DNA of 54,315 bases from positions 1 through 54,315 of the forward strand of contig DAOTXX010000104.1 of NCBI GenBank assembly GCA_034434835.1, written 5' to 3'. This DNA is from Thermoflexales bacterium (GTDB lineage: Bacteria > Chloroflexota > Anaerolineae > Fen-1058). Each line of letters starts with the position of its first letter. Positions within the stretch are counted from its first letter, which is position 1. Both the position numbers and the translations under genes were made by a program. Below are positions 38,137-47,286 of this stretch, one piece after another. The notes under the pieces were generated by a model. The model made no database searches and was not told the DNA's origin. It was given only the letters and a program-made list of their open reading frames with translations.

Positions 38137-38165
38137 TTGTCACGCAGCGATGGATGGGGTATACT
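38137..38165 (+). promoter_or_regulatory. candidate promoter for selD
   Basis: TTGTCA-17 nt-TATACT; MITE copy A lies in the resulting 5' UTR. Confidence 0.35.
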
Positions 38166-38194
38166 CACGAAAGCGTGACCGCCGACCGCACACC

Positions 38195-38286
38195 CATGCG
38201 TGTCAACTTGAGGTTGGAGTGCAGGCTTCAGCCTGCATAGAACGCGGCCTGAAGGCCGCACTCCGGGGCTAAAGTTTACACCAATG
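38195..38286 (+). mobile_element. 92-bp MITE copy A
   Basis: CATGCGTGTCAACTTGAGG...AAAGTTTACACCAATG; imperfect ~18-bp TIRs; 10-bp TSD ACCGCACACC at 38185-38194 and 38287-38296. Confidence 0.8.
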
Positions 38287-38363
38287 ACCGCACACCATAG
38301 ACCACGGTTCGATCCAGGCAAGGTGCAGTCAGGCAGACCACTATCGGCAGCCAAGAGGGTAAT

Positions 38364-39404
38364 ATGACCGCTGGCAAACAGATTCGATTGACCTCACTTG
38401 CCACCTGTGCAGGTTGAGCGAGCAAAATGGCCCCCGAGGCCCTGGCGCAGGTGCTGCGCCCCTTGCAAGAACGCTTCAAGCGTCAAGACTATCCCAATCT
38501 GCTCGTCGGGTTGGGCGAGCCAGACGACGCAGCGGTTTACCGCATCGGTCCAGACCGGGCCATCATCCAGACGACCGATTTCTTTCCGCCCGTTGTGGAC
38601 GACGCCTATTCGTTCGGCGCGATCGCCGCGGCGAACGCGATGAGCGATGTGTACGCGATGGGCGGCGAGGTCTTGTTCGCGCTCAACATCGCTGCGTTTC
38701 CAGAAGACCTGGACAGCGCCATCCTGGCCGAGATCATGCGCGGCAGCGCGGACAAGATCGCAGAAGCGGGAGGCGCGATTGCGGGTGGACATACTGTCCG
38801 TGATCGCGAGCCGAAATACGGACTGGCTGTGACGGGCATCGTCCACCCGGATCGCTTGCTGACCAAGGGAGGTGCAAGAGTGGGCGACGTGCTGTTCCTC
38901 ACCAAACCGCTGGGCACCGGCGTCATCACTACCGCGCTCAAGCGCGAGCAAGCCGATCCGGTCCACGTGCAGGCGGCGACAGATAGCATGACGCGGCTCA
39001 ATCGCGCCGCGTCGCGCGCGGCGTTGGCAGCCGGCGCGCGTGCTGCGACGGACATCACCGGCTATGGACTCTTGGGCCACGCGCTCGAGATGGCCGAACA
39101 GGCTGGGGTGTGCTTTCAGTTCCGTTCTGCCGACATCCCGTTTTTGCCCGGCGCGCAAGTCTATGCTGATGCCTGGACTTTTCCTGGCGGCGCGGAAAGC
39201 AACGAGGCGTTCTATCGTCCCCGCGTCCGGTTCATCGCCGAACTGACGCTGGCGCAGCAGTGGCTGTTGTTCGATCCGGAGACTTCGGGCGGGCTGCTCG
39301 TCGCCGTGCCGCCGGATGGGCTGGACACCTTTGTGCATCTGGCAGGGCAGGGGGCCTGGCAGGTCGGGCAGGCGGTTGAAGGCAGCGGGATCGAAGTCGT
39401 TTGA
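38364..39404 (+). CDS. selD: selenide, water dikinase (selenophosphate synthetase), Sec-containing
   Basis: ATG 38364 (AGAGGG RBS) in frame with track ORF 38427; N-terminal MTAGKQIRLTSLATCAG-U-ASK aligns to E. coli SelD IRLTQYSHGAGCGCK with TGA (38415-38417) at the catalytic Cys17 position; downstream hairpins (GGCC-CCCGA-GGCC; GCGCAG-GUG-CUGCGC) as SECIS candidates. Confidence 0.75.
38415..38417 (+). other. in-frame UGA selenocysteine codon of selD
   Basis: see selD; position homologous to active-site Cys/Sec of SelD. Confidence 0.65.
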
Positions 39405-39502
39405 CGGTTAGCTCTCAGCCCACCCTTGCGAAGGTTGCGCTCAACTCCGCAAGGGTGAGTTACTCAATCCCTTTGTAATCTTGCAAACGTGTGTATTGTC
39501 AC

Positions 39503-39531
39503 TTGACAAGCATTTGCCGTTCTGATATAGT
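39503..39531 (+). promoter_or_regulatory. sigma70-like promoter for ugp-like operon
   Basis: TTGACA-17 nt-TATAGT; MITE copy B lies between it and ugpB start. Confidence 0.5.
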
Positions 39532-39699
39532 TCTGTCGTTCCGCCGCGATGTCAGATTCACTCACAATGCCTCACTCTGAGGAAGCGGACGGATGTCAGA
39601 ATCCACCATTCTTCCCCAACCACTGTGGCCTGCTTCTTGCTTTGATTTCTACCGGTTCCCGGCGCAATCTCATGCCGAGTCCCGCAGAATACCGATCAG

Positions 39700-39791
39700 C
39701 ATGCGTGTCAACTTGAGGTTGGAGTGCAGGCTTCAGCCTGCATAAAACGCGGCCTGAAGGCCGCACTCCGGGGCTAAAGTTTACACCAATG
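39700..39791 (+). mobile_element. 92-bp MITE copy B
   Basis: identical family to copy A; 10-bp TSD TACCGATCAG at 39690-39699 and 39792-39801. Confidence 0.85.
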
Positions 39792-39886
39792 TACCGATCA
39801 GAAGGGAGGTGATGTCCAGGTCAGTAGAGCCTTTTGCATCTAATGCTCCAGTTCCCCTCAATCTTTAGACCACAGGAGAAGAGAAA

Positions 39887-41371
39887 ATGAAACGTGCGCT
39901 GTTTGTTGTGTTGACACTGGCCACTGTTGTGGCGATGCTGAGCGCATGCGCCGCACCAGCCGCCACGCCGACCGTCGAACCGACCAAAGCACCCGCGCAG
40001 CCGACGGTCGCGCCGACGAAACCGCCCGCCGCCGAGCCGACCAAACCCCCCGCGGCCGAGCCGACCAAAGCGCCTGCGCCCACAGCGACCGCCACTCCCA
40101 AGCCAACGCCCAAACCGGGGGCTGTTAAGATCGAATTTTGGTTTGGGCTGGGCAAGCCTCTGGGCGACGTTCTCGAAGCCATCGTGATGGACTTTAACAA
40201 ATCGCAAGACAAGTACTATGTAGACGCGATCTACAAAGGTGCATACGCTGATACCATGAACGCTGCGATCGCAGCATATCGCGCCGGCAAGGCCCCGCAC
40301 ATCGTCCAGATGTTCGAGGTGGGCACTGCCACCATGATGGCTGCCAAGGGCGCGATCAAGCCGGTCTATCAACTTGCGAAAGAAACCGGCTGGAATCTCG
40401 ATCCCAACATCTACATCGCGGCCGTGCGCGGCTATTACAGCGAAGGCGAGAATATGATCTCGATGCCGCTGAATAGCTCGACGCCCATGATGTACTATAA
40501 CAAGGATGCGTTCAAGAAGGCAGGGTTGGATCCGGACAAGCCGCCCAAGACCTGGGCCGAGGTTCGCGCTGCGGCCAAGAAGCTGGTGGACAGCGGAGCG
40601 ACCAAGTGCGGCTTGACGTTCGAGTGGCCCACCTGGACGCAGTTGGAGAACTTTTCTGCGATCCACAACGTCCCGCTTGCCACCAAGACAAACGGCATGA
40701 CAGGAATGGATGCGGAGCTCAAGTTCAACAGCGACTTGCACATCCGCCATCTGCAGACCTTGATTGACATGCAAAAGGAAGGATCGTTCAAGTACGGTGG
40801 ACGCGACGGGGCTGCAACGGTCTTGTTCCCCTCGGGCGAGTGCGGCATCATCCATGCCTCGTCGGCTGCCCGCGCGCGCATCAAGAGCGAATCCAAGTTC
40901 GAGTGGGGCGTGACCTTCCTGCCGTACTATGACGACGTGCCAGGCGTGCCGATCAACTCGATCATCGGCGGCGCGAGCCTGTGGGTGATGAACGCCCCAG
41001 GGCGCACCGTGGACGAGTACAAGGCCATCGCCGAATTCTTCAAGTATATCAGCCAGCCCGAAGTGGACGCCCGCTGGCATCAAGAGACCGGCTACCTGCC
41101 GATCACGCACGGCGGCTTTGAAAAGACCAAAGCTGATGGGTACTACCAAAAGAATCCGGGCGCTGACCTTCCCTACCAGCAGTTGACGCGCACCAAGCCC
41201 ACCGAGAACTCGCTCGGACTCCGGCTGGGCAATATGCCACAGATCCGCATTATCGTCTACGAGGAATGGGAAAAGGCGTTCCAGGGACAACAAACCGCCA
41301 AAGAAGCGATGGACAATGCCGTCAAGCGCGGCAACGAAGTCCTGCGCGAGTTTGAAAAGACGTACAAGTAG
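39887..41371 (+). CDS. ugpB: ABC transporter substrate-binding lipoprotein, UgpB-like (sn-glycerol-3-phosphate/sugar family)
   Basis: signal peptide with LSAC lipobox, Pro/Thr/Ala linker, family-1 SBP fold signatures; followed by two permeases and a GDPD. Confidence 0.75.
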   Translation: MKRALFVVLTLATVVAMLSACAAPAATPTVEPTKAPAQPTVAPTKPPAAEPTKPPAAEPTKAPAPTATATPKPTPKPGAVKIEFWFGLGKPLGDVLEAIVMDFNKSQDKYYVDAIYKGAYADTMNAAIAAYRAGKAPHIVQMFEVGTATMMAAKGAIKPVYQLAKETGWNLDPNIYIAAVRGYYSEGENMISMPLNSSTPMMYYNKDAFKKAGLDPDKPPKTWAEVRAAAKKLVDSGATKCGLTFEWPTWTQLENFSAIHNVPLATKTNGMTGMDAELKFNSDLHIRHLQTLIDMQKEGSFKYGGRDGAATVLFPSGECGIIHASSAARARIKSESKFEWGVTFLPYYDDVPGVPINSIIGGASLWVMNAPGRTVDEYKAIAEFFKYISQPEVDARWHQETGYLPITHGGFEKTKADGYYQKNPGADLPYQQLTRTKPTENSLGLRLGNMPQIRIIVYEEWEKAFQGQQTAKEAMDNAVKRGNEVLREFEKTYK

Positions 41372-41433
41372 CTGAACTGCTCTAGACCCGAAGGGTCGCC
41401 CAGGCCCTTCGGGTCGCCCATGCAAGGAGAACG

Positions 41434-42318
41434 ATGCAGCGCCGGGTCATTTTCAACAATCGCCTTCTGCCCTACGTTTTGCTCCTGCCACAACTCGTCA
41501 TCACGGCGGTGTTCTTCTTTTGGCCTGCCAGCCAGGCCATCTATCAGTCTTTGCTCAGCCAAGACCCCTTTGGATTACGCACGCAGTTTGTGTATCTCCA
41601 GAACTTTGAAACTGTGCTCAGCGATCCGTTGTACATCGAGGCGCTCCAGGTCACCGTAATCTTTTCCATCGCAGTCACGCTCTTTGTTATGACGTTAGCC
41701 TTGTTCTTTGCCGTCATGGCCGATCGGCAAATTCGTGGCGCACAGACGTACAAAACGCTCTTGCTGTGGCCCTATGCGCTCGCGCCTGCGGTGGCCGCCG
41801 TGCTGTGGGGATTCATTTTTCATCCATCCATCGGCATCGTGGGCAAAGCATTCAACAGTTGGGGGCTGCACTGGGACTATCAGCTCAACGGGACGCATGC
41901 GCTGGCGCTCGTCATCGTGGCTTCATCATGGAAGCAAATCGCGCACAACTTTTTGTTCTTTCTCGCTGGCCTGCAATCGGTTCCCCCCTCGATCGTCGAG
42001 GCAGCGATGATGGACGGCGCGGGCGCGTGGAAATTATTCCGCACGATTCTCTTCCCCTTGATCTCGCCGACGACCTTTTATCTCATGACCATCAATCTGG
42101 TTTTTGCGTTCTTTGACACCTTTGGGGTGATCCACGCGCTCACGCACGGCGGACCGGGCCGCTCCACGACCACGCTGATGTACAAGGTATACATGGATGG
42201 CTACGTCAATCTGAATCTAGGTCAATCCGCTGCGCAGTCGGTCATCCTGATGCTCATCGTGAGCGCGCTGGTCTGGCTCCAGTTTCGCTTTATGGAAGGC
42301 AAGGTGCATTACGCATGA
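41434..42318 (+). CDS. ugpA: ABC transporter permease (UgpA/MalF-like)
   Basis: 6 TM helices, EAAxxDGA motif (EAAMMDGAGAWKLFRTILFP). Confidence 0.85.
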   Translation: MQRRVIFNNRLLPYVLLLPQLVITAVFFFWPASQAIYQSLLSQDPFGLRTQFVYLQNFETVLSDPLYIEALQVTVIFSIAVTLFVMTLALFFAVMADRQIRGAQTYKTLLLWPYALAPAVAAVLWGFIFHPSIGIVGKAFNSWGLHWDYQLNGTHALALVIVASSWKQIAHNFLFFLAGLQSVPPSIVEAAMMDGAGAWKLFRTILFPLISPTTFYLMTINLVFAFFDTFGVIHALTHGGPGRSTTTLMYKVYMDGYVNLNLGQSAAQSVILMLIVSALVWLQFRFMEGKVHYA

Positions 42319-43163
42319 TCGCCAAACAACTCCGCAATCTCCCGGTGCATTTGGTTTTGATCGCCGCCGTGATCGTTTTTGCTTTCCCGGTGTACCTCGC
42401 GCTTATCGGCTCGACCTGGGACGCCGCTCGTATCGGGCGCGGGCAAATGCCCCTCACCCCCGGCCCGCACCTGATCGAAAACTATGTCAATGCCTTGACG
42501 AGTGCACGGGGCGGGCGCATCATCGGCAATCCGGTCCAGATTTTGCTCTGGAACAGTCTCAAGATGGCACTGGCGATCACCATCGGCAAAATCATCATCT
42601 CGATCCTATCGGCGTACGCGGTTGCTTTTTTCAGATTCCCTCTCCGCATGTTCTTTTTTGGGATGATCTTTCTCACGCTGATGCTGCCCATTGAGGTTCG
42701 CATTGCGCCTACCTACAAGGTGATGAGCGATCTGGGGCTGATCAATACCTTCGCCGGCTTGACGGTTCCCTTGATGGCGTCCGCGACCGGGACGCTCTTG
42801 TTTCGGCAGTTCTTTCTGACGATCCCAGACGAATATGTCGAAGCGGCGAAAATTGACGGCGCGGGACCACTGCGCTTTTTCTGGAGCATCGTCCTTCCGC
42901 TTTCGCGCACCAACATCGCCGCGCTCTTTGTCATCCTGTTCATCTATGGTTGGAATCAATATCTGTGGCCCTTGCTCGTTACCACCAGCCGAGATATGGA
43001 GACCATCGTCATCGGCATCGTCAAGATGATGGGCACCGGCGAGGCGCAAACGGACTGGAACCTGATCATGTCCAGCACCGTGCTGGCGTTACTGCCGCCC
43101 GTTTTGGTAGTTATCCTGATGCAGCAATGGTTCGTCAAGGGCCTGGTGCAAACGGAAAAGTAG
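42315..43163 (+). CDS. ugpE: ABC transporter permease (UgpE/MalG-like)
   Basis: 6 TM helices, EAAKIDGAGPLRFFWSIVLP motif; 4-nt overlap with upstream permease. Confidence 0.85.
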   Translation: MIAKQLRNLPVHLVLIAAVIVFAFPVYLALIGSTWDAARIGRGQMPLTPGPHLIENYVNALTSARGGRIIGNPVQILLWNSLKMALAITIGKIIISILSAYAVAFFRFPLRMFFFGMIFLTLMLPIEVRIAPTYKVMSDLGLINTFAGLTVPLMASATGTLLFRQFFLTIPDEYVEAAKIDGAGPLRFFWSIVLPLSRTNIAALFVILFIYGWNQYLWPLLVTTSRDMETIVIGIVKMMGTGEAQTDWNLIMSSTVLALLPPVLVVILMQQWFVKGLVQTEK

Positions 43164-43165
43164 CC

Positions 43166-43236
43166 GATGGTGGATGGCTGATAGCTGATGGCTGATGGCT
43201 GATAGTTGACCGCCGACTGCTGACCACCGATCGCAG
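43166..43236. repeat. tandem heptanucleotide array (GATGGCT-type x~10)
   Basis: gatggtg gatggct gatagct gatggct gatggct gatagtt gaccgcc gactgct gaccacc; reverse-complement family of CCATCNG array at 24956. Confidence 0.8.
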
Positions 43237-43267
43237 TTGGCGGTTGGTCTATCTATTGGGAGAAAAG

Positions 43268-44221
43268 ATGCTGCTGCGACTCGTATCTGTGGCTGCCCTG
43301 ATCTGGTTGGCAGCGTGCCAGGCTGCACCCGCTGCGACCTCCGCGCCCGTCGAGCCTTCCCGACTTGCCGAACCCAGGGCTGGGTCGGCCGTGCTGATCG
43401 TCGCGCATCGAGGCGGGGCGGCGCTTGCACCAGAGAATACGCTGGCTGCGTTCGAGAATGCGCTCCAGATCGGCGTGGACATGGTCGAATGTGACGTTCA
43501 CCTGAGCCGAGACGGAGAGTTGATCGTCATGCACGACCCCGATGTTTCTCGCACGACGGACGGCACGGGTCAGATCAACCAGATGACGCTGGCCGAGATC
43601 AAAAAGCTCAACGCGGCGGCCAGGTTCGGCCATGGCGCGTGGCCCGCTCAGCCGCCGCCGACGCTGGACGAATTGCTCGATCGGGTCAAGGGCAAGGCTG
43701 GCGTCCAGATCGAAATCAAGATGGCGCCCGGCAACACACGCTATCCAGGCATCGAGCGCAAGGTGGCTGACCTGCTCAATGCCAAGGGAATGACAGACCA
43801 GGCCATCGTCATCTCGTTTGACTTTCCGACGCTCAAGGACATCAAGGCGATTGACTCGCGCCTCCAGACGGGCGCGCTCGTCAACGCTCCATGGATGATG
43901 GCGCGCATGACCCGATCTCATGAGCAGATCGTGGACGAGGTCATCCAGGCGACAGGTGCGGACTATTTCATGCCAGCGGCCAGCTCGGTCAGTGAGGCGC
44001 TTGTCAAAGCTGTCCATGCGCAGGGACTCGAGATAGGCACATGGACGGTGAACGCCACGGGCGACATGCGCCGCCTGGCCGGCTGGGGCGTGGATGCGAT
44101 CACCAGCGACAGGCCCGATGAGTTGAAACGAACGCTGGGCAAGCATGCGTGTCAGCTTAAGGTTGGAGTGCAGGCTTCAGCCTGCATAAAACGCGGCCTG
44201 AAGGCCGCACTCCGGGGCTAA
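43268..44221 (+). CDS. ugpQ: glycerophosphodiester phosphodiesterase lipoprotein, C-terminus extended by MITE insertion
   Basis: ATG 43268 (GGGAGA RBS), LAAC lipobox, VAHRGG...ENT...VECDVHLSRDGELIVMHD GDPD motifs; last 26 codons (44144-44221) lie inside MITE copy C; ancestral TAG stop visible right after the TSD (CTGGGCAAG|TAG). Confidence 0.8.
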   Translation: MLLRLVSVAALIWLAACQAAPAATSAPVEPSRLAEPRAGSAVLIVAHRGGAALAPENTLAAFENALQIGVDMVECDVHLSRDGELIVMHDPDVSRTTDGTGQINQMTLAEIKKLNAAARFGHGAWPAQPPPTLDELLDRVKGKAGVQIEIKMAPGNTRYPGIERKVADLLNAKGMTDQAIVISFDFPTLKDIKAIDSRLQTGALVNAPWMMARMTRSHEQIVDEVIQATGADYFMPAASSVSEALVKAVHAQGLEIGTWTVNATGDMRRLAGWGVDAITSDRPDELKRTLGKHACQLKVGVQASACIKRGLKAALRG

Positions 44222-44235
44222 AGTTTACACCAATG
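44144..44235 (+). mobile_element. 92-bp MITE copy C
   Basis: same family; TSD GCTGGGCAAG / GTTGGGCAAG (9/10) at 44134-44143 and 44236-44245. Confidence 0.85.
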
Positions 44236-44275
44236 GTTGGGCAAGTAGCATGACGCCGATAACGGCTATGTCCCT

Positions 44276-44303
44276 TTGACATTTTTGACGGCAATGATAA
44301 TAT
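44276..44303 (+). promoter_or_regulatory. sigma70-like promoter for FHA-OmpR regulator gene (near-leaderless)
   Basis: TTGACA-16 nt-TAATAT ending 8 nt before ATG 44311. Confidence 0.45.
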
Positions 44304-44310
44304 AGATAGC

Positions 44311-44961
44311 ATGACAGAGGCAACACCAGGCGACGTAAACGTGCGACAGCGACCAGCCTGCCTGACCAGCCCGGATCATGAAATCCCGTTGGCGGGTCGA
44401 ACGATCACGCGCATCGGTCGCGCTCCAGACAACGAAGTGGTGCTGGACAATAAACGTGCCTCACGGTACCATGCCGAGATCCGTTGGGAAAAACATCATT
44501 ACGTCCTAAGCGATCTGGAAAGCACGAACGGCACTTTTGTCAATGGTGAACGGCTCGCCGCGCCGCACGTGCTCAAGGACGGCGACCAGATCGAGATTGC
44601 TGGAGTCCGGTACAGATTCTCCGATCCTGAAGCTACGTGGATTGAGGAGCGGCTTCCCACGCTGATGCTGGACGAAAAAGCAGGTATCGTGTGGGTGAAC
44701 CGACGGCCGCTCTTGCTTTCCCCCAAAGAATTTGCGCTGCTGGTACTGCTGCATCGTCACGCGGGCGCAATCTGCGACAAAGACAGCATTGCCTCAGCCG
44801 TCTGGCCCGAATGTCCTGACCAAGTGTATGACTACCAGATTGAGAACCTGGTCGGGCGCCTGCGCCAAAAGTTGGAAGCCGAGCCAGGCGCCGGCGCGCT
44901 GATCGAAACGGTGCGTGGACGCGGCTACCGGCTTATCCCCCCCGAAACCTCTCAATCGTAG
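44311..44961 (+). CDS. FHA domain + OmpR/PhoB-type winged-helix DNA-binding regulator
   Basis: N-terminal FHA (ITRIGRAPDNEVVLDNKRASRYHAEI...STNGTFVNG), C-terminal trans_reg_C-like (LSPKEFALLVLLHRHAGAICDKDSIASAVW...VGRLRQKLE...IETVRGRGYRL). Confidence 0.7.
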   Translation: MTEATPGDVNVRQRPACLTSPDHEIPLAGRTITRIGRAPDNEVVLDNKRASRYHAEIRWEKHHYVLSDLESTNGTFVNGERLAAPHVLKDGDQIEIAGVRYRFSDPEATWIEERLPTLMLDEKAGIVWVNRRPLLLSPKEFALLVLLHRHAGAICDKDSIASAVWPECPDQVYDYQIENLVGRLRQKLEAEPGAGALIETVRGRGYRLIPPETSQS

Positions 44962-45297
44962 CTCTCCACTTTTTTTCAGCGAACTGGTGGCTGGCCGATA
45001 GGTTTGTGCTGGCGAATGGCAGTACAATACAATCAATGGATAAAACCGTCTCATCAGCGGTTTGCTATAGTATTGTTTGCCTATAGCTCTGCGCTCCCCA
45101 AATGAGATATAATGATCGCGACCCTGCCGCCAGATGCCTGAAAGTGATCACAGGCCCCATGACACTGGAGGAAAAGATACATTCGTCGTTGATGGATCGG
45201 GCACCCAGCTTTTTCCACTCTCTTGTCTCGCCCCAGTTTCCCTACTGATCTAGACGTCCGCACAATAGATTGAATTGAGTTGAAAGAAGGAGAAATC

Positions 45298-47286
45298 ATG
45301 CGCGCACCATTGACCTGCCTGTTGACGATCCTTTTGGCGGGCATCGCCCTGATTCTGACATTGACCTGGTTGATCACGCCCGCCCCGGCACAAGCCAACC
45401 CCGATATACGCTACGTGGCGCCGCCGCCCACAGGCAACGATGTCGGCAACGACTGCACGAACCCGTCCAATCCCTGCGCAACGATCCAGCATGCTATCAA
45501 CGTCGCCAGCTTCGGTGACCTGGTCTCGGTGGCGGCTGGCACCTACGCCGAGCACATTACCATGCGCGACGGCGTCTCGGTGCACGGGCAGGGATGGGTC
45601 AGCACGACGATTGACGGCGGCCACACCGGCCCCACGCCAACTGTTTACATGTCAAGCGTGTGGGCCAGCACTGTCCTTTCGGGCGTGCAGGTCACGGGCG
45701 GCGGCACCGGGGTCACTGCTACGTCCACGCAGGATGGCGGCGGGATCGCCATCTGGTATGCCGCGCCGACCATCGTGAATACCTGGGTCAACGGCAACAC
45801 TGCCCGCAACGGCGGTGGCGTGTTCGCGCGCTACAGCTCGCCGACGCTCGACAATGTGCCTGCCTCACTCAATGCAGCAGCACAGCGCGGCGGCGGGTTC
45901 TACCTGGATGGTTCCGGTACGGTCACGGTGACGGATGCTTCGCTGTTCGCCGGCACTAACGGTATGGTGCTGTGGAACACGGCTGGCTGGGATGGCGGAG
46001 GATTTTACATTTCGGAAGTGACGGCCACCGTGGGGGGCTTGCGCATCTGGGGGAACAGCGCGAACGGCAACGGCGGCGGCGTGAGCATCGCCAACGCTCA
46101 CAACCCGGTGCTGTTTACGCTGAACCAGATCAATTGGAACTCGGCATCCAACGGCGGCGGGCTTGACACCTATCGGGCGACCCGACTTTCGATTGGCCTG
46201 AACATGATTGACGGGAACACAGCCAGGAATAGTGGCGGCGGCGCGCAGTTTTCCGATTCCGCCGGACTGCTGCAAGCCAACTGGCTCAGGACCAACGCCG
46301 CCGGTGCCTATGGAGGAGGCGCCGCGGTGGTCTATGGCTCGCCCGAGCTGCTGTTGCGCGGTAACTGGATCGAAGGGAACAGCGCCGGTTTCGGCGGCGG
46401 GGTTTATCTGCAGACCACAGCCAACCCGCTGGTAGACGGCAATGTGATCGTGACCAACACGGCGAACACAGGCGGCGGCATCGGCCTGTTTGAGGCCGGG
46501 GTGGCGACGGTCACCAACAACATCGTGGCGCGCAACGTCGCTTCGACCACTGCGCACTTGGGCGGCGGCATCCTGGTGGACTCGGCGCCTGCGCGCATTG
46601 TCAACAACACCATTGCCGACAACATCGGCGACGGCGTGCTGTTCCAGGAGGCCGAGGGTGTGGCGATCGTGAACAACATCGTCACGGGCAATCTGGGCGA
46701 CGGGATCGAGCATTACTCCGACACGCTATGGGTCAGTCCCACGCTGGTTTACACCGCCGATTACAATGACGTGTGGAACAACTCTGGCCACTATGTCGGC
46801 TTTTCCGGCGGCACACACGACTTGCACGTCAATCCACAGTTCGTGGCTTCCGGCGACATGTTCGCCTATTATCACATCCAGGCGACCTCACCCGTGAGCA
46901 CAACCGGCTCAACAGCCTGGGCGCCACAACTTGACATGGATGGAGACATACGGATCCTGGGCGGCAGCGTCTCGATGGGCGCGGACGAGTTCTTTTGGCC
47001 GGTTGCGCTCACGGGCGTCAGTATTGACGGCCCGGTAGAAGGCCGTGCCAACACGAGTTACGTTTTCACAGCGACCGTCGCGCCAGTCACGGCGACGCCG
47101 CCGATCACCTACACCTGGGTACCTACGCCATCTGGCGGGCAAGGCACACCCATGGCAATCTACACCTGGTCCACGGCCGGGACCAAGACGATCACCGTCA
47201 CGGCAGAGAACACTGGCGGCAGCGCAACAGATTCGCACCAGATCGGCATTGCCTATGAGGTTTACTTGCCGCTGGTGCTGCACTAG
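45298..47286 (+). CDS. secreted right-handed beta-helix repeat protein with PKD-like domain and C-terminal VYLPLVL motif
   Basis: ATG 45298 with AAGGAG RBS; signal peptide; NGGG-containing parallel beta-helix repeats; PKD/Ig-like segment; ends ...AYEVYLPLVLH*. Confidence 0.7.
   Translation: MRAPLTCLLTILLAGIALILTLTWLITPAPAQANPDIRYVAPPPTGNDVGNDCTNPSNPCATIQHAINVASFGDLVSVAAGTYAEHITMRDGVSVHGQGWVSTTIDGGHTGPTPTVYMSSVWASTVLSGVQVTGGGTGVTATSTQDGGGIAIWYAAPTIVNTWVNGNTARNGGGVFARYSSPTLDNVPASLNAAAQRGGGFYLDGSGTVTVTDASLFAGTNGMVLWNTAGWDGGGFYISEVTATVGGLRIWGNSANGNGGGVSIANAHNPVLFTLNQINWNSASNGGGLDTYRATRLSIGLNMIDGNTARNSGGGAQFSDSAGLLQANWLRTNAAGAYGGGAAVVYGSPELLLRGNWIEGNSAGFGGGVYLQTTANPLVDGNVIVTNTANTGGGIGLFEAGVATVTNNIVARNVASTTAHLGGGILVDSAPARIVNNTIADNIGDGVLFQEAEGVAIVNNIVTGNLGDGIEHYSDTLWVSPTLVYTADYNDVWNNSGHYVGFSGGTHDLHVNPQFVASGDMFAYYHIQATSPVSTTGSTAWAPQLDMDGDIRILGGSVSMGADEFFWPVALTGVSIDGPVEGRANTSYVFTATVAPVTATPPITYTWVPTPSGGQGTPMAIYTWSTAGTKTITVTAENTGGSATDSHQIGIAYEVYLPLVLH

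Noticed and set aside
45000-45297. Looked for a clear sigma70 promoter upstream of the first beta-helix gene
   Set aside because: Only weak or extended -10-like candidates (TGAGATATAAT) with no convincing -35; not reported as a feature.
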